64,000 nt of DNA from an uncultured virus (IMG/VR IMGVR_UViG_3300028393_000024) (Duplodnaviria > Heunggongvirae > Uroviricota > Caudoviricetes): IMG/VR virus record IMGVR_UViG_3300028393_000024, one strand, 5' to 3'. Both the position numbers and the translations under genes were made by a program. How positions within the stretch are numbered: the stretch's first letter is position 1; each line of letters starts with the position of its first letter. The notes below the pieces were generated by a model that was not told the DNA's origin, ran no database searches, and saw only the letters and a program-made list of their open reading frames with translations. Positions 57,087-64,000 of this stretch are shown here, in pieces.

Positions 57087-58625
57087 ATGGCACTATGGGG
57101 AAATAAAGATAGTAAGTCTGCTACTGGAACTGTTAGCATCGCCAGCACTGGTGTTGTTACTGGTTCTAGCACGCTGTTTACTTCAGAAGCAAAAATCGGT
57201 AATGTTTTAAAAGCAAACGGAGTTGAGTATCAAATCGTTACTATTACTTCCGACACTGCTGCTAAAGTAATTATGGGTCGTAACAATGGTAACGGAACTG
57301 TTACTACTTGTTCTGCTCAATCATATACTCTAGCAGAGAAACCAGCTTTCGTTGCACACGAAGCATCTAATAGCAGCGGATTCGGTTCAGCTGGTGATAC
57401 ATCGTTCGTTTACGGTGTTGACACTACTGAAGAAACTGCTGGTGGCGATAATGTTGTAAACATTCAAATCGGAACTGCTGGAACTGGTTACTTAGAAGCT
57501 CCAACTGCAACTGTTGCTGCTCCAACAGCAGTAACTATCGCAACTACTGCTGTTAGCACTACTGCTGATACTATTACTGTTACTAATCATCGTATGTTGA
57601 CTGGCACTAAGGTAACATACAGTGCTGCATCTGGTACTGTCCTTGGTGGTTTAACTGATGCAACTGCTTACTATACAATCGTTGTTGATGCAAATACTTT
57701 AAAAGTAGCAAGCAGCTTGGCAAATGCTCAAGCAGGTACTGCTATCGACTTGACTGGTACTGGTAATAGTTCACAAACTTTCACTGGTGATACAGCGACT
57801 GTTGGTACTGTTACTTTTGCTGCTGGCGCAGTTACTGCTGTTCCATTGACAGCTGGTGGCACTGGTTATATTACTGCTCCAACAATCACTATCGCTGCTC
57901 CAAAACGCACTATTCCTACTTCAGGAATTACTGCTTCTACTGATACCATTGCTTATACTGCTCATGGTTTGTCAGCTGGTGATGCTGTTGTCTATAACAA
58001 TGGTGGATCTACTTCTGCTACTGGTTTGACTTCTGGTACAACTTACTATGTTGCTACTGCTGGTCGCACTGCTAACGCATTCGAGGTAAAAGCTGCTAAC
58101 ACTACTGGAACTATCGCAGCTACTGTTGCTACTTCTGGTACTGGTGGTCAATTTACTTGTGGTAACTCTACTTTGGCTGCTGGCGATCGTGTTACTATCA
58201 CTGGTACACTAGGTGGTACTGGTACTATTACTAGCTACGCAACTGGTACAACTTATAAAGTTTCTGCCGTTACTGGTACTTCACCAAGCGTAACTGGTTT
58301 CACTTTGACTACTGAAGCTGGTTCTGCTTTGACTACTACTGTTGGTACTTTGACTGGTTTGACTTATACAACTGAAACTGTTGTTGATATTACTGGTACT
58401 GGTAATAATGCTCAATACTTTGTTGTTTCTGGTGCTACTGTAGCAACTGCAACTGCTTCACTTGGTTCTGGTTCTTCACAAGGTGGTCACATTACTCATC
58501 CTGGATGGGTTCGTCGTACTGTTGGTACTGGCGGTCGTGCTGGTCGTATTCAGTATGAGACATTAGTTGCGATGGGTACTATCTCTAGCGATGCAGCTGA
58601 TGATGCAGTGTTACCAGACGCATAA
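57087..58625 (+). CDS. virion structural / decoration protein
   Basis: MALWG N-terminus, Thr/Gly/Ala-rich repeats, HPGWV...RIQYETLVAM C-terminus; SD AAGGAG; capsid-like codon bias. Confidence 0.65.
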   Translation: MALWGNKDSKSATGTVSIASTGVVTGSSTLFTSEAKIGNVLKANGVEYQIVTITSDTAAKVIMGRNNGNGTVTTCSAQSYTLAEKPAFVAHEASNSSGFGSAGDTSFVYGVDTTEETAGGDNVVNIQIGTAGTGYLEAPTATVAAPTAVTIATTAVSTTADTITVTNHRMLTGTKVTYSAASGTVLGGLTDATAYYTIVVDANTLKVASSLANAQAGTAIDLTGTGNSSQTFTGDTATVGTVTFAAGAVTAVPLTAGGTGYITAPTITIAAPKRTIPTSGITASTDTIAYTAHGLSAGDAVVYNNGGSTSATGLTSGTTYYVATAGRTANAFEVKAANTTGTIAATVATSGTGGQFTCGNSTLAAGDRVTITGTLGGTGTITSYATGTTYKVSAVTGTSPSVTGFTLTTEAGSALTTTVGTLTGLTYTTETVVDITGTGNNAQYFVVSGATVATATASLGSGSSQGGHITHPGWVRRTVGTGGRAGRIQYETLVAMGTISSDAADDAVLPDA

Positions 58626-58640
58626 TAAATACTTTATGTA

Positions 58641-58667
58641 AGAGGGAGATCTTCTCCCTCTCCTTTT
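58641..58667 (+). terminator. intrinsic terminator
   Basis: AGAGGGAGA-TCT-TCTCCCTCT followed by CCTTTT. Confidence 0.7.
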
Positions 58668-58675
58668 GATTTGAA

Positions 58676-59071
58676 GTGAGAAATGTGGTTGACATTAATA
58701 AAAAATTGAGTGAAGATAATTTTCTAGTTTATGCTATGCACCACTACGATAATCCGCAGTGTCATAACATAGAAGAATTTGACAAGGATCTAAGGATATT
58801 TCTATATCTAAAGAAACTGATTACAAGATATAAACAGTCGGATGAACTTCGAGAGAGGTTGATCCTTAATCACATTATAGTACTCTACAATGTATTTGGT
58901 GACTCTGCCACTAATATGTTGTTTTATAAGATTGATGAAAAGTATTGGGATGTTCTTGTAACATTCCTTGTTTATCTTGAGAGAATGCCCGAGTCAGTAC
59001 CACAGTATGGTATTAGGACTTCTGATATATCTCTAGATGAAAATATTATTAATGCACTAAGGAAGATATAA
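58676..59071 (+). CDS. conserved hypothetical protein of T4-like phages
   Basis: YAM.HYDNPQC, LRERLILNHII.LYNVFG; GTG start uncertain. Confidence 0.7.
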   Translation: MRNVVDINKKLSEDNFLVYAMHHYDNPQCHNIEEFDKDLRIFLYLKKLITRYKQSDELRERLILNHIIVLYNVFGDSATNMLFYKIDEKYWDVLVTFLVYLERMPESVPQYGIRTSDISLDENIINALRKI

Positions 59072-59614
59072 ATGGCATCAGCTTTAATGGACAACATAAT
59101 TGCCGCAAGATTGCTGTATATGCTTGTCACACCATTTGATAAGACAGATGCCTACAGACTTGGTATAGTAGATGCCAAGGGTAAATTACTGAAGCACGCA
59201 AAAGATTTAAATACTCAAGCAGAGAAAGATGCATTTAACTATCTTACTCGCTTGATTTTCAATTTGAAAAGATTGATTAATAAACTGCCAGGTGGCGAAT
59301 CAAATTTGAAAAATTTGGTTTCTGCTTACTACTTTGTTAAAGAAAAGGTAGAAACTAAATCAGCTTTTGTCTCTGAACAACAATTTATAAATTTGGTTCA
59401 TAGATTAGATAAAGTTACTTTAGTTGAAGAAGAAATACTAATTGAGAAAGTGTTGAAACAAATCGCAGAAGATGGTGTTGCTGCCAATGCCACTGGTGCA
59501 GCTGTTTCAACGGACCAACCGAAAATTGGTAAAAAAGATATAAAGAAATACCAAAAGAATCAGGCTGGCGTAGTTGCTGGTATGACTCGTCGCCCAGCAC
59601 CTTTAGGAGTCTAA
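59072..59614 (+). CDS. conserved hypothetical protein of T4-like phages
   Basis: LVTPF....AY.LGIVD..GK, RLIFNLKRL. Confidence 0.7.
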   Translation: MASALMDNIIAARLLYMLVTPFDKTDAYRLGIVDAKGKLLKHAKDLNTQAEKDAFNYLTRLIFNLKRLINKLPGGESNLKNLVSAYYFVKEKVETKSAFVSEQQFINLVHRLDKVTLVEEEILIEKVLKQIAEDGVAANATGAAVSTDQPKIGKKDIKKYQKNQAGVVAGMTRRPAPLGV

Positions 59615-59615
59615 A

Positions 59616-60065
59616 ATGTGGGTGCTTCATTTCTTACCTGACTGGTTCCTTTTATGGTTTATCAATTTAATATTGATAGTAGGATTGCTGGGCACATTTT
59701 CTAGTTACTTCATTCGTTACATTCCTCCACTTATACCCTATGCGAATGCGGTTAAGATTGGAGGAATTTTACTATTGGTACTCGGTGTTTACTTCAAGGG
59801 TGGATACAGTGTTGAAATAGAATGGCGTGAGAGAGTTAAAGAAGTTGAAGCAAAGGTAGCTGTTGTTGAACAGAAAAGTCAAGCAGCAAATGTAGTTATA
59901 CAAAAGGTATATGTTGACAAGATAAAAGTTGTTCATGATACTAAAGTTGTTATACAAGAAAAGATTGTTGAAAAAGAAAAGATTATTGATTCAGAGTGTA
60001 AGGTTGCCCCTGAAGCACTTGATATCTTAAACCAAGCAGCAAAGAATCCTGGAGCAAGTAAATGA
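59616..60065 (+). CDS. putative inner-membrane spanin (Rz-like)
   Basis: N-terminal TM helices, periplasmic coiled coil, C-terminal Cys; overlaps the lipoprotein gene. Confidence 0.6.
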   Translation: MWVLHFLPDWFLLWFINLILIVGLLGTFSSYFIRYIPPLIPYANAVKIGGILLLVLGVYFKGGYSVEIEWRERVKEVEAKVAVVEQKSQAANVVIQKVYVDKIKVVHDTKVVIQEKIVEKEKIIDSECKVAPEALDILNQAAKNPGASK

Positions 60066-60325
60066 GAACACTATTACTTGTTTCATTGATAGCATTAAGT
60101 GGTTGTTCAACCACTGTCCCAGTTACAGTTAAGTTTCCAGAAGTTTCTAAAGATCTACTGTCAACTTGCCCTGATTTGAAGCAAACAGAAACAACTACAA
60201 AGTTGAGTGATGTTTTACAAGTTGTTACTGATAACTACTCGCAATATTATGAGTGTCGTGTTAAATTAGATTCATGGATTGAATGGTACAAAACACAAAG
60301 AAAATTGTTCGAGGAAATCAAATAA
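60062..60325 (+). CDS. putative outer-membrane spanin lipoprotein (Rz1-like)
   Basis: Signal peptide with lipobox LSGC; CP..., Y.EC. Confidence 0.7.
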   Translation: MRTLLLVSLIALSGCSTTVPVTVKFPEVSKDLLSTCPDLKQTETTTKLSDVLQVVTDNYSQYYECRVKLDSWIEWYKTQRKLFEEIK

Positions 60326-60651
60326 TGGCAATAGATATAGAGAGGATTGCAAAATTGGAAGCACAAGTAGAAGGCATAAAAGAAGATGTCGCTGCCGTGA
60401 AACAAGACATTAAAGAACTACACTCTCGCATTACCACAGGTAATCGTGAGATTACTGATCACATCGATCGCAAGATTGACGACCTGGCAAAAAGTGATGA
60501 AGACCAACATGATGCAATGGGAAAGAAGATCGACAGTCTTGGTGAAAGAATTAATCTTCTTGAACGCTGGAAGTGGATGATTGTCGGTGGTGCAATCGTT
60601 GTTGGTTACCTAATGGGTCACTTAGATTTCTTTGCAAAGTTCATGAAGTAA
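60325..60651 (+). CDS. coiled-coil protein with C-terminal TM helix (XhlA/holin-like)
   Basis: ERIAKLE coiled coil; WKWMIVGGAIVVGYLMG. Confidence 0.5.
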   Translation: MAIDIERIAKLEAQVEGIKEDVAAVKQDIKELHSRITTGNREITDHIDRKIDDLAKSDEDQHDAMGKKIDSLGERINLLERWKWMIVGGAIVVGYLMGHLDFFAKFMK

Positions 60652-60670
60652 ACTGTATTCTCTTAACAAC

Positions 60671-60700
60671 AAGCAAGTCTTAGGACTTGCTTTTTTATTT
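60671..60700 (+). terminator. intrinsic terminator
   Basis: AAGCAAGTCT-T-AGGACTTGCTT hairpin followed by a T-run. Confidence 0.75.
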
Positions 60701-60715
60701 GTTTTAAGGTATAAT
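60687..60715 (+). promoter_or_regulatory. sigma70-type promoter for primase, overlapping the terminator
   Basis: TTGCTT-17-TATAAT, ending 6 nt before the ATG. Confidence 0.65.
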
Positions 60716-60721
60716 TACATT

Positions 60722-61741
60722 ATGCTACATATTGACATGAAATTCGCATCTTTGTTAGGCACGAGATTGCGCAACTTTGCAAAGAAGAATGACTATCTTT
60801 GGAACTACAGTTGTCCCATCTGTGGTGATTCTACAAAGAATCCTCGTAAAGCAAGAGGATATATCTACAAATTTAAACAAGACTTACTTGTGAAGTGTCA
60901 CAAGTGTGGATACAGCACAAACATTGGTAATCTAATCAAGTATATTGATTCAAACCTATACGATGAATATGTTGTTGAGCGATACAAAAATGGCGCAACA
61001 AGATATAATGACCACAAAGACATTGCTGAAGTACTACCAACAACAGTTGAGTTAGATCTTATTGATTCAACCCTTGATGAGTTATCTCGTATTGATAGAA
61101 TGCGTGATGATCACCCTGCCGTGCAGTATGTTGATAGCAGAAAGATACCCAAGGATAATTGGTCATTACTTTATTTCTCACCGAAATTTAAATCTTATGT
61201 TAATAGCATAACAGCCAAGTTTCCTGAACCTATTAATGATGAACACCCAAGGTTAGTTATTCCTTACTTTAATTCGCATGGTAAAGTAATCGCATTTCAA
61301 GGCAGAGCATTCGGTAAGGAAGAACCTAAGTATTATACCATCAAGATTGATGAAACAGAGGAGAAAATATATGGACTTGAACGAATCGATTATGCTAGAA
61401 GAATCTATGTGGTTGAGGGACCAATTGACTCTCTTTTTCTTCCGAACGCAATCGCTGTATCAGGAAGCAGTTTTGATACCCCTACTATTAGGCAGTTGCT
61501 TACTAACGCAACCATAGTAATGGACAATGAACCCCGAAGCAAGGAAATAACAAAACAACTTGCTAAGTATATAGACAAGGGGTATAATGTAGTTATGTAT
61601 CCAGATACTGTGGTAGAAAAAGATATTAATGAAATGATATTGTCAGGACGAACTCCTGATCAAATTCTAGATCTCATAAATAACAATACCTTCTCTGGTA
61701 TGGAAGCAAAGTTAAGATTTACAGAATGGAGAAAATGTTGA
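60722..61741 (+). CDS. gp61: DNA primase
   Basis: CPICGDS...CHKC zinc finger, FQGR, VEGPIDSLF, DNE, KDINEM. Confidence 0.94.
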   Translation: MLHIDMKFASLLGTRLRNFAKKNDYLWNYSCPICGDSTKNPRKARGYIYKFKQDLLVKCHKCGYSTNIGNLIKYIDSNLYDEYVVERYKNGATRYNDHKDIAEVLPTTVELDLIDSTLDELSRIDRMRDDHPAVQYVDSRKIPKDNWSLLYFSPKFKSYVNSITAKFPEPINDEHPRLVIPYFNSHGKVIAFQGRAFGKEEPKYYTIKIDETEEKIYGLERIDYARRIYVVEGPIDSLFLPNAIAVSGSSFDTPTIRQLLTNATIVMDNEPRSKEITKQLAKYIDKGYNVVMYPDTVVEKDINEMILSGRTPDQILDLINNNTFSGMEAKLRFTEWRKC

Positions 61742-62391
61742 AAGTACAGTTAATAAGTTATAGTCAGCCCGAGTCGTACTTTGTTGAAAATACCACAGAA
61801 TTGATTGCATTTTGTGCCAGAGTTTCAAATCCAAGCAATCAAAACAACACAGATACAGCAGAGAAGTTAATTCGTTATCTAGTAAAACATAAACATTGGT
61901 CACCACTTGAAATGGTTTCTATGTGTTTAGAGGTAGTAACTACTCGCGATATAGCAAGACAAATGTTGCGCCATCGTTCTTTTTCTTTCCAAGAATTCTC
62001 TCAGCGATATGCTGACCCAACAAAAGAATTAGATTTTGTTATACGAGAAGCAAGACTCCAAGATCCAAAGAACAGACAAAATAGTATCGAATGCGACAAT
62101 CCAACACTTCAAGCATTTTGGGAAACGCAACAAAAGCGTGTACTCGATGTGGCGCAAAGTGCCTATGGGTGGGCAATCGACAATGGTATTGCCAAAGAGC
62201 AAGCAAGAGCAGTCTTACCTGAAGGATTGACCGAGAGTCGATTATATATGAATGGGACATTGCGTAGCTGGATTCACTTTATAGAACTCCGATCCGCAAA
62301 TGGAACACAAAAAGAGCATCAGTTAATTGCCAAGGAATGTGCGAAAGTTATCGCTACCGTATTTCCTATGGCATCTGAGTTTGTAGAATAA
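61735..62391 (+). CDS. thyX: flavin-dependent thymidylate synthase
   Basis: HWSPLE, RQMLRHRSFSFQEFSQRY, KEQARAVLP. Confidence 0.94.
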   Translation: MLKVQLISYSQPESYFVENTTELIAFCARVSNPSNQNNTDTAEKLIRYLVKHKHWSPLEMVSMCLEVVTTRDIARQMLRHRSFSFQEFSQRYADPTKELDFVIREARLQDPKNRQNSIECDNPTLQAFWETQQKRVLDVAQSAYGWAIDNGIAKEQARAVLPEGLTESRLYMNGTLRSWIHFIELRSANGTQKEHQLIAKECAKVIATVFPMASEFVE

Positions 62392-62414
62392 AAAATATAT
62401 GTTTGGAGTTTTAA

Positions 62415-64000
62415 ATGGCAGATGAAGTGCACGGGATAAGAGTTGACTACACAAAAGATAGTTTATTTGATGAATTGGGATTGCTTAGATTAAAAGAAAG
62501 TTACATGAAAGATGATGAGGTTAGTCCTCAAGAAAGGTTTGCATATGTTTCGAAAACATTCGGAAGTGATCCTGAACACGCTCAGCGCATTTACAATTAC
62601 GCCAGTAATCATTGGCTCAGCTATTCTACTCCAATCCTTTCTTTTGGTCGTTCTCGTCGTGGGCTACCCATTTCATGCTTTCTTAACTATATTGAAGATA
62701 CAGCGGAGGGTCTAGTTGATAACCTATCTGAAACAAATTGGCTCTCTATGCTTGGAGGTGGTGTCGGCATCGGTTTCGGCATTCGCTCAGCGGATGATAA
62801 GTCTACTGGAGTTATGCCCCACCTTAAAATGTATGATGCATCATCTCTCGCTTACAGACAAGGTAGGACTCGTCGTGGGAGTTACGCTGCCTACTTGTCT
62901 ATTGATCATCCAGATATTATCAATTTTCTAGAGATGCGCAAACCAACAGGCGATCAAAACATGCGTACTCTAAACATGCATCATGGAATTAATATTCCTG
63001 ATCGGTTTATGGAAATTATTGAGCAATCTATGCTTGATACAAACTTCGATGACTCTTGGGAACTTGTTGACCCAGCATCCAAGGAAGTACGTGAAACAGT
63101 ATCAGCAAAGGAACTTTGGCAGAAACTGCTTGAGATGCGTATGATGACTGGTGAACCATATCTTCATTTCATCGATGAATCTAATCGTAAGATGCCGCAG
63201 CACTTAAAAGATCTTGGTTTAAAAATTAATCAATCAAATCTTTGCTCAGAAATTATTCTACCAACAAATGAAAAGCGCACTGCTGTTTGTTGTTTGTCTT
63301 CATTAAACTTGGAGTACTATGATGAGTGGAAAGATGAACTACACTTCCTTCGCGATGTTGCTGAAATGCTCGATAACGTGTTGGAGTATTTTATTACTAA
63401 TGCACCTGATACCATTTCCAGGGCTGTATACTCTGCTACTCGTGAGCGTAGTATTGGCATTGGTGCCTTAGGATGGCATGCTTATCTGCAGAAGAATAAT
63501 ATTCCATGGGAATCATCATTGGCAGTTGGTAGAAACAAAAACATCTTTAAAACTATAAGAGAGAAATTAGATGTCGCTAATAAAGAACTTGGATTGGAGA
63601 GAGGTGAAGCACCTGATGCGATGGGTACTGGGAATCGCTTTAGTCATCTTATGGCTATTGCTCCCAATGCTTCTTCTTCCATTCTTATGGGCAATACTAG
63701 TCCTAGCATTGAACCTTATCGTGCCAATGCTTATCGTCAAGACACTCTTTCGGGTTCTCACCTGAATAAGAATCGTTACCTCGATAAAATTATTAAAGAG
63801 AAAGCAAAAGATGAAAATGAATACAATGAAATTTGGTCAAGTATCATTGCCAATGACGGATCCGTACAACATATGGAATCCTTGGACGAATGGACAAGAG
63901 ACGTATTCAAAACAAGTATGGAAATCGATCAGCGTTGGCTCATTCAACATGCTAGCGACAGACAAGAATATATTGACCAAGCACAATCAGTCAATCTTTT
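62415..64000 (+). CDS. nrdA: class I ribonucleotide reductase large subunit (3'-truncated, not in ORF track)
   Basis: MADEVHG...STPIL, ISCF, GGGVG, QSNLCSEI, VCCLSS, IAPNASSS, DQAQSVN; frame appears open to the window end. Confidence 0.93.
   Translation, partial: MADEVHGIRVDYTKDSLFDELGLLRLKESYMKDDEVSPQERFAYVSKTFGSDPEHAQRIYNYASNHWLSYSTPILSFGRSRRGLPISCFLNYIEDTAEGLVDNLSETNWLSMLGGGVGIGFGIRSADDKSTGVMPHLKMYDASSLAYRQGRTRRGSYAAYLSIDHPDIINFLEMRKPTGDQNMRTLNMHHGINIPDRFMEIIEQSMLDTNFDDSWELVDPASKEVRETVSAKELWQKLLEMRMMTGEPYLHFIDESNRKMPQHLKDLGLKINQSNLCSEIILPTNEKRTAVCCLSSLNLEYYDEWKDELHFLRDVAEMLDNVLEYFITNAPDTISRAVYSATRERSIGIGALGWHAYLQKNNIPWESSLAVGRNKNIFKTIREKLDVANKELGLERGEAPDAMGTGNRFSHLMAIAPNASSSILMGNTSPSIEPYRANAYRQDTLSGSHLNKNRYLDKIIKEKAKDENEYNEIWSSIIANDGSVQHMESLDEWTRDVFKTSMEIDQRWLIQHASDRQEYIDQAQSVNL

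Noticed and set aside
62512..63765. Short ORFs listed in the track near the window end
   Set aside because: Out-of-frame or antisense shadows of the truncated nrdA starting at 62415

Overview
64 kb of a large, AT-rich T4-like myovirus genome. Almost all genes are on the + strand; the host cannot be read from the sequence. Order: tail-fibre genes (1-6.9 kb); neck, tail and head module gp13-gp14-gp15-gp17-gp18-gp19-gp20-gp21-gp22-gp23-gp3, with no gp16 at its usual position; uvsY, uvsW, gp55, gp47/gp46; an early vWA/MoxR (CobT/CobS-like) block; clamp and loader gp45/gp44/gp62, regA, hsp20, exonuclease, gp43, uvsX, gp41. Then come two accessory blocks. The first is a putative post-replicative DNA hypermodification cassette: a TET/JBP-type 2OG-Fe(II) dioxygenase and a GT-B glycosyltransferase, both ending in sliding-clamp-binding-like peptides, followed by a zincin and a PD-(D/E)xK nuclease, with no DNA methyltransferase in the window. 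The second is a ~7 kb block of proteins with capsid-targeting-like N-termini: a His-rich ligase-like protein, a His-rich HxGH nucleotidyltransferase, and polyprotein-like ORFs with prohead-protease-type linkers, with a Dps embedded among them. The window ends with a structural protein, spanin/holin-like genes, primase, thyX and a truncated nrdA. Non-coding signals: many sigma70-type promoters, T4-late-like NCTAAATA/NATAAATA promoters (several apparently giving leaderless mRNAs), a three-copy palindrome ATAACCCTAC-N5-GTAGGGTTAT upstream of early promoters, and a ROSE-like hsp20 leader. All product calls rest on motifs and synteny judged by eye; no database searches were run.
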